From Octopus sinensis (Eukaryota), in the NCBI RefSeq assembly GCF_006345805.1, contig NW_021835486.1, positions 1 through 39,947 on the forward strand: a stretch of 39,947 nt of DNA, written 5' to 3'. The translations under genes were made by a program, and so were the position numbers. The notes under the pieces were generated by a model that did no database searches, had not been told where the DNA came from, and saw nothing but the letters and a program-made list of their open reading frames with translations. Below, piece by piece: positions 23,113 to 35,653 of the stretch; position 1 is the first letter of the stretch, and every line of letters begins with the position of its first letter.

Positions 23113-23477
23113 TTAAACAACAGCCATCCCTGAAACTCAACCACAAACAGTATCATACATCACAGGAAATGATCTGCGGAGATAAACTAGTGTTAAATGA
23201 GACAGATGTTTATAGCAAAAAAAGGAGTATTTCAAATAATCTTTTTGTTGTTGTTTCACTGCTAATCAGCCTTGTTTTAAAATGACCTAGATTGAAAGCC
23301 AACCCAACCTTGACTCTCCTGTCTTTCTAGTGGTATCTTGGACTACTTTTGCTTTAACCATTTTCTATTTAAATCAGCCATATCTTGCTCAAATATTCTA
23401 CTTGCTTTACATCCCAAACTGGCAAGATTCGGCCTTCACACTTACCCTACAATGTCATTGTAAAAATGAACAATCAT

Positions 23478-23858
23478 AGGCACAGGAGTGGCTGAGTGGT
23501 AAGTAGATTGCTTACCAACCACATGGTTTCGGGTTCAGTCCTACTGCCTGGCACCTTTGGCAAGTAAGTGTCTTTTACTATAGCCTCAGGCTGACCAAAG
23601 CCTTGTGAGTGGATTTGGTTGATGGAAACTGAAAGAAGCCCATCGTATATATGTATATGTATATATATGTGTGTGTGTTTGTGTATCACTTGACAACCGA
23701 TGCTGGTGTGTTTATATCTCCATAACTTAGCGGTTCGGTAAAAGAGACCGATAGAATAAGTACTAGGCTTACAAAGAATAAGTCCTGGGGTCGATTTGCT
23801 CGACTAAAGGCGGTGCTCCAGCATGGCCACAGTCAAAATGACTGAAACAAGTAAAAGA
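23478..23858 (+). mobile_element. SINE family A
   Basis: Consensus head and tail. Confidence 0.85.
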
Positions 23859-24225
23859 TTAATCATATCATTGAAATCTCAATGCTACAAGATAATACAT
23901 GGTTAATTCAAAGCAATGTGAGTAATTAATTATTACATTTGACAGAGGAATCTGAAGGCTAAAGGGGTAATCAAAAATTATCTGGCATTGCAGCTGTAGC
24001 AATCCGTTTTATATCTTCATTACATATGGTGTGATTTGAAGGTGATTTTGATTGCTATTTCTAGCTATTTGGGCGACCATGTAGAAAGTCCTGTGCTGCA
24101 CATTGTAACCAGTTGACATCAGGTGATGTCATCCTACATGAAGGAAATATTGTTTAGGCAATAATACAACAAGGAAACCAGATGATACTCTCACCTGCCA
24201 GTAACCATCCCTCTTTCCCTGTCAG

Positions 24226-24257
<32 letters not shown>

Positions 24258-24502
24258 ACTTTCTATCTTTTTCTATTTCCTTATTTCAGAGCAATAACTA
24301 TTGTAAGATGTGATATCAGGTGTAAGCTAGTTCTCTTTTGTAGCTTCAGAAAGGCTGTTAATGAAATATAAAAGATAAGGTGAGGTACAATTCGCAGAAG
24401 AAGGATGTGAGAGGTGGCGAAAATAAAGGGCTAACTTGCATTTCAGTTACATACCTCCAGTAGATATACTAATAAAAGGCAAATCAAAAACAAAAATAAA
24501 AA

Positions 24503-24899
24503 CAGGAGTGGCTGTGTGGCAAGTAGCTTGCTTACCAACCACATGGTTACGGGTTCAGTTCCACTGCATGGCAACTTGGGCAAATGTCTTCTGCTATAGC
24601 CCCGGCCTGACCAATGCCTTGTGATTGGATTTGGTAGACGGAAACTGAAAGAAGCCTGTCGTATATATGTATGTGTGTGTATATGTTTGTGTGTCTGTGT
24701 TTGTCCCCCTAGCATTGCTTGACAACCGATGCTGGTGTGTTTACATCCCCGTAACTTAGCGGTTCGGCAAAAGAGACCGATAGAATAAGTACTGGGCTTA
24801 CAAAGAATAAGTCCCAGGGTCGATTTGCTCGACTAAAGGCGGTGCTCCAGCATGGCCGCAGTCAAATGACTGAAACAAGTAAAAGAGAGTAAAAGAGAA
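24503..24899 (+). mobile_element. SINE family A, near consensus
   Basis: Consensus head and tail. Confidence 0.85.
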
Positions 24900-25104
24900 A
24901 AGTCAAAAAAGTGTATGCGATGAATGTATCAGGTTGATGCTTAAAGGAAGTTTAAGTTGGTAAAAAATGAAAAAAAGGGTGTGACATTTTGCGCATGGGT
25001 TTTCATTAGAAAGGAGAAAGAGGTAAAAGCCTAGCGGGAAGGAAGAGAAAGTTTGACAAAGCCACACATGCTGTTACATGGCCGCAGAATAACTGTGTGC
25101 AAGC

Positions 25105-25252
25105 ACAGGCATGGCTGTGTGGCAAGGAGCTTGCTTCCCAACCACATGGTTCCGGGTTCAGTCCCACTGTGTGGTACCTTGGGAAAGTGTCTTTTACTAT
25201 AGCCTTGTCAGTGGATTGGTTGATGGAAACTGAAAGAAGCCCGTCATGTGTG

Positions 25253-25332
<80 letters not shown>

Positions 25333-25822
25333 ATGTATGTATATATATGTGGTGTGTGTGTGTGTGTGCATGTGTGTGCATGTGTGTCTTTGTGCTTGTC
25401 CCCTTATTACCTATTTCTTTACTACCCACAAGGGGCTACACAAAGGCAGGGGGACAAACAAGGACAGACAAACAGATTAAGTCGATTATATTAACCCCAG
25501 TGCATAACTGGCATTTATCTAATCGACCCTGAAAGGATGAAAGGTAAAGTTGACCTCGGCGGATTTGGTTGATGGAAACTGAAAGAAGCCCATCATGTGT
25601 GTGTATCTACATATATATATGTGTGTGTGTGTGTGTGTTTGTGCTTGACAACTGGTGCTGGTGTGTTTCCATCCCCATAACTTAGCGGTTTGGCAAAAGA
25701 GACCAATATAATAAGTATTAGGCTTACAAAGTATAAATCCTGGGGTTGATTTATTTGACTTAAACCCTTCAAGGTGACGCTCCAGCATGGCCACGGTTAA
25801 ATGACAGAAGCAAATAAAAGGA
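25105..25822 (+). mobile_element. SINE family A interrupted by a minus-strand family B fragment (~25405-25562)
   Basis: A head at 25105; ttggttgatggaaactgaaagaagccc repeated at ~25216 and ~25565 on either side of the B insert; A tail at ~25800. Confidence 0.7.
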
Positions 25823-26084
25823 TATAGAGGCAAATCAAAAATAAAAACAAAAACAGGACAACAACAAGGGCCAAGAGGTAAAAATTTAGGGAGAAAGAAA
25901 GGACTAATCCATGTAATGCATGGACTAGTCCATTAAAATATATATTAGGGATTCACTCTCACAAAAGGACATTGTCTTCAAGATTGTCCTTTGTATCATC
26001 ACCATCATCATTATCATAATCATCACTATTATTATTATTATTATTATTATTATAATCATCATTATTATTATTATCATCATCATT

Positions 26085-26115
<31 letters not shown>

Positions 26116-26129
26116 TTATTATTATTATT

Positions 26130-26677
26130 GAGAGCGGTGCATGTCATCAAAGTGACACTGGGGTAAAATATACGAAGCCCAGTATACCCATCACAACTAC
26201 CCGTCTGATAAGGGTACACCAGACACATGCATCACAACCATATGTGCGCGACATGGTGATCTCATATCAAGATAAACAGTACATGACCTTGCAGGTGGGG
26301 CCCAGTTAGAATTTTCTTCAAGTTGAGTAGCCCATCCCGCTCAAACGGTCCCTGAATAAGGGTTGTTTAAGGATGTTGAAAGAACCACCCATGTTTCCAG
26401 AGGTGAACTATTCAAACCCCAAAGAATCCCTCTCAACACATGGCTATGATGCTCCCCCACTACTTCTGCTCGTGATCAGAGATGCACATATCGTCAGCCA
26501 CTAAGGGACATGCTCAACTGGTTATGGTCAAACAACTGACAAGCAAATCTGTGGTATTGAGCAGAATATTTGCTGTAGCCCATCTTTTATACCAAGACAA
26601 AACAATGTACATGATAACACTTCCAAGCAGTTAAGATCAGAAGCCATGAGAGCCACTGCCTGGTACTGCATCAGGGC

Positions 26678-26681
<4 letters not shown>
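26130..26681 (-). mobile_element. Element D, full length
   Basis: Matches 4867-5423 end to end; (AAT)n on both sides. Confidence 0.7.
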
Positions 26682-26710
<29 letters not shown>

Positions 26711-26712
26711 CA

Positions 26713-26743
<31 letters not shown>

Positions 26744-26753
26744 CATCATTCTT

Positions 26754-26784
<31 letters not shown>

Positions 26785-26810
26785 TTATTATTATTATTAT
26801 TATTATTATT

Positions 26811-27124
26811 GAGAGCGGTGCATGTCATCAAAGTGACACTGGGGTAAAATATACGAAACCCAGTATACCCATCACAACTACCCGTCTGATAAGGGTACAC
26901 CAGGCACATGCATCACAACCATATGTGCACGACATGGTGATCTCATATCAAGATAAACAGCTCATGACCTTGCAGGTGGGGCCCAGTTAGAATTTTCTTC
27001 AGGTCGAGTAACCCATCCCGCTCAAAAGGTCTCTGAATAAGGGTGGTTTAAGGATGTTGAACGAAACACCCATGTTTCCAAAGGTGAATTATCCAAACCT
27101 CTAAGAAATCCTCTCAACACATGG

Positions 27125-27126
<2 letters not shown>
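26811..27126 (-). mobile_element. Element D, truncated tandem copy
   Basis: Shares the gagagcggtgcatgtc and catcacaactaccc variants with 26130. Confidence 0.7.
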
Positions 27127-27158
<32 letters not shown>

Positions 27159-27165
27159 TATTATC

Positions 27166-27197
<32 letters not shown>

Positions 27198-27199
27198 TA

Positions 27200-27238
<39 letters not shown>

Positions 27239-27640
27239 TTTATAATTATTATTATATTTACCCTTAACATTGCTGTCATCATTAGTACCACAACCACCAT
27301 CATCATTAACAGCATCATTATCACCAACACCATTGTTATACCTGCCATCATCATCATCATCAGCCTCATCATTGTTACCGTCACCATCGCCACTACCACA
27401 ACTGCCACCGCCATTATCCTCTTTACTACAATGGCCACACCACTGACAACACCCTTCCAACACCAATATCCTCATTTTTTCCCATTATTACCATCGCTAC
27501 CAGTACAATTATCATCATCACCATTCATCGTTATTTGCACCGCCAAACCACTAATACCATCGACATTAGCATTACCACTACCACCACCACCACCACCACC
27601 AGACCTATCACCTTCACCATCACCACCGGCATCACCACCC
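27127..27640. repeat. (ATT)n grading into degenerate (CAT/CAC)n low-complexity sequence
   Basis: Direct reading. Confidence 0.8.
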
Positions 27641-27926
27641 TAACCACTGATACCATATTTTGAAGAAATGTTTTCCAAAGTTACTTTTTGTTTACATTGT
27701 CTAATCGATAACCAATTTAGCAGAAAGATTAGCTTGACGAGTGAAAGAAACAAGAAAACGAGTGGGGGGGGGGAAATGGTAAAAAAAAAAGAAAAAAATT
27801 ACAGAAATGAACAAAGAAAAGAGAATAGAGCGACACACACACACACACACATACGCACACACACGCCTACTTACACACTGATGCGTCCACTTTCACATAG
27901 ACACACGCACTGACATACACATGCAT

Positions 27927-27957
<31 letters not shown>

Positions 27958-28123
27958 TATATGCACAGATTAAAGAGAGAATAAAAGGTAAAGAAAAATG
28001 AAAAAAAGTGCAACAAAATATAAAAAAAAACAAGTAAAATGCCAAAACGTAAGACTACCGAAATATATATACATAGATACATGTGTATATATAGATATAT
28101 ATATGTATATATATATATATATA

Positions 28124-28178
<55 letters not shown>

Positions 28179-28649
28179 CATATATACACATGTGTGTGTG
28201 TGTTTATGTATATATATATATATATACATATATATACACGTGTGTGTGTGTTTATGTATAATATATATATATAATATATAAAATGTAACAAATAAATCAG
28301 ATCAAAACAGAAAGTGAAAGTAAAAAGAAAGCCAGCAACAACAACAGAACAGCATTGAGAAAAGCCAGAAGTTCAATGTGTTTGGCACATTAGCTTAAGA
28401 GATATTTACGAAAGTGTTGTTGTTAGACTAGTCAAGTACAAGTTAGTCTTTTAGTTAAACATGGCTAGTAACCGTCTTCGTTATTTAATTCTACTAATAT
28501 CACACTTTTTTTTTACTGATTTACTTGTTTTATTTTTATTATTCTTGTTGTTGTCGTTGTTTGGCGGTTCTTTTCAACTCTATTTTTACTTACTTGTTAG
28601 AGTGAACAGAGAAGGTCACGGAAGCATTACTAATCACAGGTAAATTCGT

Positions 28650-29065
28650 TGTCGTGGTCACCGTCGACATCATACCATCGTCGCCTTCATCCTTGTCTCG
28701 TCATCGTTGTCACCATCATCGAAATTGACATTATCTTCCTCATCTTGAACCTCTTCCTCCTCTTCTTCATAATCATCACCATCATCAAGATGCCATCATC
28801 ATCATCATCATCCTCATCACCATGCTATCATCTTCATCGTTATCATCATTGAAATTCTCATCCTCATCCTGAACCGCCTCACCCTTCTCATCATTATCAC
28901 CATCATCATGACATCAAAATTGTCATCACCATCATCGTACCATAATCATCTTCATAATTATCATCATCATCCTCAACCATCATTGTCATCGTCTCCATTG
29001 TTGTATTCATCCAATAACAGCATCATCACCACCATCATCATCATCATCATCATCATCATTATCAT
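28650..29065. repeat. Degenerate (CAT)n low-complexity tract
   Basis: Direct reading. Confidence 0.8.
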
Positions 29066-29864
29066 TGCTCTCTTTGTCATTGTTATCTGTTGAGCACTTC
29101 ATGTCCTAAGATTGTACATACTCAATAAAGACAGAAACTCCTTTGGGTTTAATGTTCTCTTGGGACAGGTGACAGTGTCCTTAACCCACCTGCAAAAACT
29201 TACTTCACTTATAATGGGGATCTAGATGGGATTTCGAAATGCAGAACACAGAAAAAACCGAGTACCACAAACCTCTGACAATTTCGCCAATCCACCGATC
29301 TCGACTGGAGTCTTTTGCCGACCCTGAAAGAATAAAAAACAAATTTGACCATACAGATATTTGAACTCAAGAGTCTAGATATTCAGAACAAATACTACAA
29401 GGTATCTAGTTTGATTCTCTAACAACTTTGCCAGTTTGCTACCTTTCATTGTTTCTCCTGTGGAATCTGAGATGCTTGGAGCAGTTTGGTCACTGACTAC
29501 AAAGCTTTTGATTTCTTTGGAATTTCTTGGAATTTCAGTCAGACAAGGTGTAATGTCAAGAAAAGTCTGTGAATGTGTGTGACTGTTCTAAACTCTTGGC
29601 TTTTCAATTGTTTGTAGTGATATTTGTGAGTGTCTTGTGTTCGGCTTTTATTGAAAATGAGAAAAACGGAAAAAAGTAAAGACACTAAAAGGAAAACTTT
29701 TGGGGAGGGGGAAATTCACAACCAAATTTAACGACCTGTTATATTAATGATGATGTGATAATGAGGAGGCAGAGGAGGATGAACATGATGATGATAATGG
29801 TGGTGATGGTGGAGTAGTAAGGGATTGTAAATTCCACAGTCTTTTCAAATGGCTAATAATGGCT

Positions 29865-30176
29865 CAAAATCTCTCGTGGAAGCGTCATCCAACCAAAGTA
29901 CAAATATATGGGGAATTACCACCTGTATCATCTCTTGTGAAAGGTAGAAGAGTCCAGTTTGCTGGACATTGTTGTAGAACTGAAAACGAGGCAATTTCTA
30001 CTCTTCTCCTCTAGAAGCCATCTGCTCACGACACCAGAGGGCGCACACTCTCCTACCCTGTTGAAATCTCCAGGGATACAGGCATCCAGCAACGGGACCT
30101 CCATAATGCTATGATGGACCATGAAGTCTGGTGTGACATAGTAAATTCCATTGTCTCAACCACGGTCGAACAATGA
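29865..30176 (+). mobile_element. 5'-truncated RTE-clade LINE 3' end (distinct from the BovB-like one)
   Basis: QNLSWKRHPTKVQIYGELPPVSSLVKGRRVQFAGHCCRTENEAISTLLL*KPSAHDTRGRTLSYPVEISRDTGIQQRDLHNAMMDHEVWCDIVNSIVSTTVEQ*; candidate TSD agtaagggatt at 29816 and 30182. Confidence 0.75.
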
Positions 30177-30292
30177 CTATGAGTAAGGGATTTGGAGAAA
30201 ACTGCAGAATATATTTCTTATCCCTTATCCTTGTTAGTTCAAGAACATCAATAACAAAAAAATGTCTTCTCTGTGCTCTTCCTCTTTATCTC

Positions 30293-30341
30293 TATCATCA
30301 TCATCATCACCATCATCTGCACCACCACCACCACCACCACT

Positions 30342-30384
<43 letters not shown>

Positions 30385-30536
30385 CCATCATCATCACCAT
30401 CATCATCATCATCACCGTCATCATCATTATCATCACCATCATCATCATCATCATCATCACCGTCATCATCATTATCATCATCATCATCATCATCACCATC
30501 ATCATCATCACCATCATCACCATCATCATCATCATC
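30293..30536. repeat. (CAT)n / (CAC)n trinucleotide microsatellite
   Basis: Direct reading; source of the poly-H/S/I/M ORFs. Confidence 0.95.
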
Positions 30537-30725
30537 TATTTTTCTTCCTCATACTCTCCTTTTCTAAACCTTCCTTAATATATAATTCATGGTAAAATAT
30601 TATTAAAATTATTTGAAAGACACTTTCATAGAGAATAAAAGAAGCAGGTCCATCACCCACAGTTGAATGAGCCCTAGGAACAAAATAATTTCATAACCCA
30701 AGTTATAGGTTTCTAGGCTTTAGAA

Positions 30726-30944
30726 CAGTGCTTTTCAAACTTTTTGCTGGAGCGGAACCCCAAGGAAACATTCCACTGGCTCGAGGAACCCCTGTGCAAT
30801 AATTTAATAGTCTTATGCACACATATCTGCACAGGAGAATTTAAAATTATTGCCAATTTTAGCAGTTTTGCAACTTCTTGCAGAACCCCTGTTCTGTACT
30901 GGCGGAACCCTAAGGTTCCGCGGAACCCTGGTTGAAAACCACTG
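30726..30944. mobile_element. hAT-type MITE, 219 bp, perfect 8-bp TSD
   Basis: TIR cagtgcttttcaaac / gttgaaaaccactg; CTTTAGAA at 30718-30725 and 30945-30952; subterminal ggaaccc repeats. Confidence 0.9.
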
Positions 30945-31245
30945 CTTTAGAAATAAGACCAATACAAGATTTAATCTTGTATTGGTCTTGTTTCTAAGCC
31001 TAGAAACCTATAACTTAACAAGACCACCATATACCAGAGACCCTACCTTTCCAGGAGAAATATGCTAAAGGCTTTATTATTAGAGAATTGTATTGGGTTC
31101 AGCTTTTATGAACCCCTGGTGTTTAACCATTTAGCATTTAATCTGATCGTTTCTGGCCCAAATATTCTGCTTGTTATGTGTTAAAATTGACCAGATCCAA
31201 CTTCTCACACCTGTCTTACAATGTCAATCTAAAAATATACAAACA

Positions 31246-31427
31246 CAGGTGTGGCTGTGTGGTAAGAAGCTAGCTTCCCAACCACATGGTTCCAGGTTCA
31301 CTCCCAATGGTGGCACTGTGGAAAAGTGTCTGCTATTATACCCTTGGTCTGAACAACACCTTATGAGTGGATTTGGTAGAGAGAAATAGAAGGAAGCCTG
31401 TTGTATATCCACACACACACCACACAC

Positions 31428-31490
<63 letters not shown>

Positions 31491-31525
31491 TATATATATA
31501 CACACACACACATATATATGTATAT

Positions 31526-31576
<51 letters not shown>

Positions 31577-31831
31577 TATATATGTATATATGCACACACA
31601 TATATATATATATATAATGTGTGTCTTTGTTTGTCCCTCACCACCGTTTGACAACCAGTATTGGTTTATTTACATCCCCATAACTTAGCAGTTTGACAAA
31701 GGAGACTGACAGAATATGCATTAAGCTTAAACAAAAACCAAGTATTGTGGTCGATTCATTTGACTAAAAGTTCTTCAAATCAGTGCCCCAGCATGGCCAG
31801 AGACTAATGACTGATACAAGTAAAAGATAAA
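31246..31831 (+). mobile_element. SINE family A with ~220-bp (CA)/(TA) expansion
   Basis: Degenerate head and tail around the microsatellite. Confidence 0.8.
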
Positions 31832-32106
31832 ACACACCATTGAAATTTTGAAGCTATAGGATAATATGCGATTACTTCAAAATGATGTGAATAAATAAAC
31901 AGGAAACTTGACTACGAAATCTGATTGCTTATGGGTTAAAGTGGACCCTGTGTTTGCAATGGTTGTTGGAAATGATACCTTTGAAATTAAAAGCTTATAA
32001 GCAATCAGTTCTGATTCAGTGATTCTGCACGTATTCTGTTATTCCATCTAAGAGAAAGAAAGACCCCCCTTCTGGGTCATTTTCTGCTAGTCCCCTAATT
32101 GTAATT

Positions 32107-32536
32107 GGATCTTTTTGGTTTGAACGGAAGTTTTTTCTAGCGGTGTCATATGAAATAGTCACCCATTATTATGACCCTAGTATCGATCTATTGCATTTCA
32201 ATCTATTTTAGGCTTAGGGTTAGTTAGGGTTAGGGTTAGGAGTGGGGAGGAAGGGTATCTTTTTTTCTTCACAAATGTAAATAAACCCAATCTGAATTTT
32301 AAACAAGGGACATATTCATACGACACAGAATGCTTTTTAACTCAATAGATATCACTGATTGGTTGAAATTGCAGAAATTGAAGAACAAAACAACAAATAT
32401 CTTACAAACTATAGAATTTTCTCAATAATGCCAGAAAAGATGTTTTATAAACACATTCTACCAATATATGAAGTTTAAAAGTGTTTAGTTACCTAGAAAT
32501 TATTTTAAAAATCTGCCATTCAAACCGAAAAGATCC
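32107..32536. mobile_element. 430-bp MITE with GG termini, 24-bp TIR and 8-bp TSD (Merlin-like); contains TTAGGG repeats
   Basis: ggatctttttggtttgaacggaag vs ctgccattcaaaccgaaaagatcc; TTGTAATT at 32099-32106 and 32537-32544. Confidence 0.75.
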
Positions 32537-32654
32537 TTGTAATTTGCGTAATTTTTCTGAGATGTTGCATCAAATTTTTCTTTGCATCGTTTATTCGTCT
32601 AATAGTGCTTTCTTGCTTAATAAATATTTCTTTTGTTGCTTTATTGCAGCCTTC

Positions 32655-33060
32655 ATCAGTGGTTAGAGCAACAGGCTCACACTCATGAGGTAGTGAGTTC
32701 GATTCCTGGACTGGGCTGTGTGTTGTGTTCTTGAGCAAGACACTTTATTTCACGTTGCTCCAGTTCACTCAGCTGTAGAAATGAGTTGCGACGTCACAGG
32801 TACCAAGATGTATCGGCCTTTGCCTTTCCCTTGGATAACACTGGTGGTGTGGAGAGGGGAGGCCGGTATGCTCGGTGACTGGTTGTCTTCCATACATAAC
32901 CTTGCTCAGACTTTTTACATTAGATGGGAACTTTCTAGGTATAATCCCATGGTCATTCAGGACCAAAGAGGGTATTTTCTCCTTTTAGTTTCACTCTTTT
33001 AAACAATGGCGGTGCCCCAGCATGGCCACAGCTCGTGAGCTGAAACTAGATGAAATAAAA
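32655..33060 (+). mobile_element. Older tRNA-derived SINE (related to 7364-7610)
   Basis: cagtggttagagc A-box-like, gagttcgattcc B-box, gttcttgagcaagacactt; tail cccagcatggccacagctcgtgagctgaaact. Confidence 0.6.
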
Positions 33061-33128
33061 AAACTTTAAAAAACTCAAAAGTAGTCCATGTGGTCATTTA
33101 TCATGCTAAAAATAGCAAGGATCAGGTG

Positions 33129-33162
<34 letters not shown>

Positions 33163-33569
33163 TAAAAGGAATTCCAACCTTGTCTGATTTTCACATTTTA
33201 TTTACAATCTTATAATGATATAATATAATATAATAAAATAAAATAAAATAATAGAATGTTAAATGTTCATTCTGATTGAACTAGTACTTTCATGGATTAA
33301 ATTATGCAATCTTCAGGTTCATGTAGTAGTGGTGACAGTCATGCTTCACAATTTTTGACTGTAGCGAGATGGTTAAATCTGTACCTTAAATATACCTGTG
33401 TAGGCACCAGATTGCTAGGTTTTGCAAACTGTATTCTGACCAATCAGTGTGTAGCATCACTCAATTACTTAAGCTGATTGGTTTAGGCATCACGCTTTGT
33501 TGAACATGTCAAGAGTCCTGTATCTTAACCCTGGCCGAGGCAGCAAGTATATATGTATATGTATGTATA

Positions 33570-33600
<31 letters not shown>

Positions 33601-33862
33601 TTACATTAAGGGCTTTTATGTATAATACAATGTGTTTATTATGGTATTTTTTTACATTAAGAGTCCCTCCTAGCATGAGGCATTTATGTGTAGTAATGCC
33701 CTTAATATAAATAGATATCTTTAAAGGGTATTATTAATAAATTTTTCCCTTATGAGGTTTTTCACACTAACAACTTGATAAATTCTTATAAAGATTTTAT
33801 CCTATTTTTAAATTGTATATATATATATATATATACATATATATATAAAATATCAATATATA

Positions 33863-34685
33863 GGCGCAGGAGTGGCTGTATGGTAAGTAGCTTGTTTACC
33901 AACCACATGGTTCCGGGTTCAGTCCCACTGCGTGGCACCTTGGGCAAGTGTCTTCTGCTATAGCCCCGGGCCGACCAATGCCTTGTGAGTGGATTTGGTA
34001 GACGGAAACTGAAAGAAGCTGTCGTATATATGTATATATATATGTATGTGTGTGTGTTTGTGTGTCTGTGTTTGTCCCCTAGCATTGCTTGACAACCGAT
34101 GCTGGTGTGTTTACGTCCCCGTCACTTAGCGGTTCGGCAAAAGAGATAGATAGAATATGTACTGGGCTTACAAAGAATAAGTCCCAGGGTCGATTTGCTC
34201 GATTAAAGGCGGTGCTCCAGCATGGCCGCAGTCATATGACTGAAACAAGTAAAAGAGTAAAGAGTATATATATATACTCTTTTTTTTACTCTTTTACTTG
34301 TTTCAGTCATTTGACTGCGGCCATGCTGGAGCACCGCCTTTAATCGAGCAAATCGACCCTGGGACTTATTCTTTGTAAGCCCAGTACTTATTCTATCTAT
34401 CTCTTTTGCCGAACCGCTAAGTGACGGGGACGTAAACACACCAGCATCGGTTGTCAAGCAATGCTAGGGGGACAAACACAGACACACAAACACACACACA
34501 TACATATATATATACATATATACGACAGGCTTCTTTCAGTTTCCGTCTACCAAATCCACTCACAAGGCATTGGTCGGCCCGGGGCTATAGCAGAAGACAC
34601 TTGCCCAAGGTGCCACGCAGTGGGACTGAACCCGGAACCATGTGGTTGGTAAACAAGCTACTTACCATACAGCCACTCCTGCGCC
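33863..34685. mobile_element. Tail-to-tail inverted pair of SINE A copies (palindrome)
   Basis: Plus copy 33863-34262, minus copy ~34278-34685, centre agagtatatatatatactct. Confidence 0.9.
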
Positions 34686-35653
34686 AAATATCAAATATGA
34701 ATATATATACATCATATATTCTGATATGCCATGTAAAGCATACCAATATACCATACCAACAAATTTATCTCAGATCTTTTGCTGTTTTTTTTTATGTGTT
34801 TTTTTTTTGTTATGCTGGTATAGCAATTTCAGATTCTTCCACCCCACCAGCAGTGCTGAACAGGGTAATTTGAAATCATGTTCAGATTAAATGGGATTGG
34901 AAATTGGGGCTTGAATGATATTGATTTCAAACTACCCTGAGATGGTGGGGGTGTAATTTGAAATTACATGTGGGTAATTTGAAATTACTCCTGGGGTGTA
35001 ACTTGAAATCAGTTTCATCCTACTGGCTAGGATTTCAGATTACCCACTTAAATCCTTTTCCAAATGCTTGTTGCCGTGGTAGCAAATACAGTGTGCTTTG
35101 TGAGTGTGCGTGTACACATTAGGTACAAATGTGTAAATCACAGAGAAATAATTTTGGGTGTCCACTTAAAATTGAAAAAAGTCACATTTAAAGTGTATAA
35201 ATATATATTTTTTTTTAGATAATAGTTGTGTATGAATATATTTTGTTTTGTGTACAAGCATATATATTTCACTTACATTTAAAGCATATGTATAATAATG
35301 TATTTTGTTTTGTACAACATATATTGATTGCTAGTTTTTTTTATTAAAAACTGTTTTTGTTAATAAAAAATTGTAGACTCAGAGTCTCTGATGTTTAAAG
35401 TGTTTTTTAAAGGCATCATAAAAATATAAAGAGTTGTACTGGAGAAATTGATATCGAAGACCTTATTGTAGGTTCTAACACACGTGATTTTTTCATTGAC
35501 ATATTACATTGTATGTTTTAGTATTTATAACTTTTATAAACACTCTACAAATGTACAGAGATGAGAAGTGATACTTTTTATTCCTGCTCACCGTATGAAT
35601 TATTATAACATGAACAGAGGAGGTTTCAGTAAAGGAGTTAAAGATCAGAAATA

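Noticed and set aside
24344-24379. AG...GTGAG-bounded candidate exon
   Set aside because: Stops in all three frames with either acceptor
26610-26681. HDV-like ribozyme or U2 snRNA similarity at the D 5' end
   Set aside because: It folds as a simple bulged hairpin with no P1, P1.1, P4 or catalytic C; the U2 resemblance is only two short words
30173-30595. His-rich, Ser-rich, Ile-rich and Met-rich ORFs
   Set aside because: (CAT)n microsatellite artefacts; the same applies to the YI, CV, HT, N-rich and YLSI ORFs elsewhere
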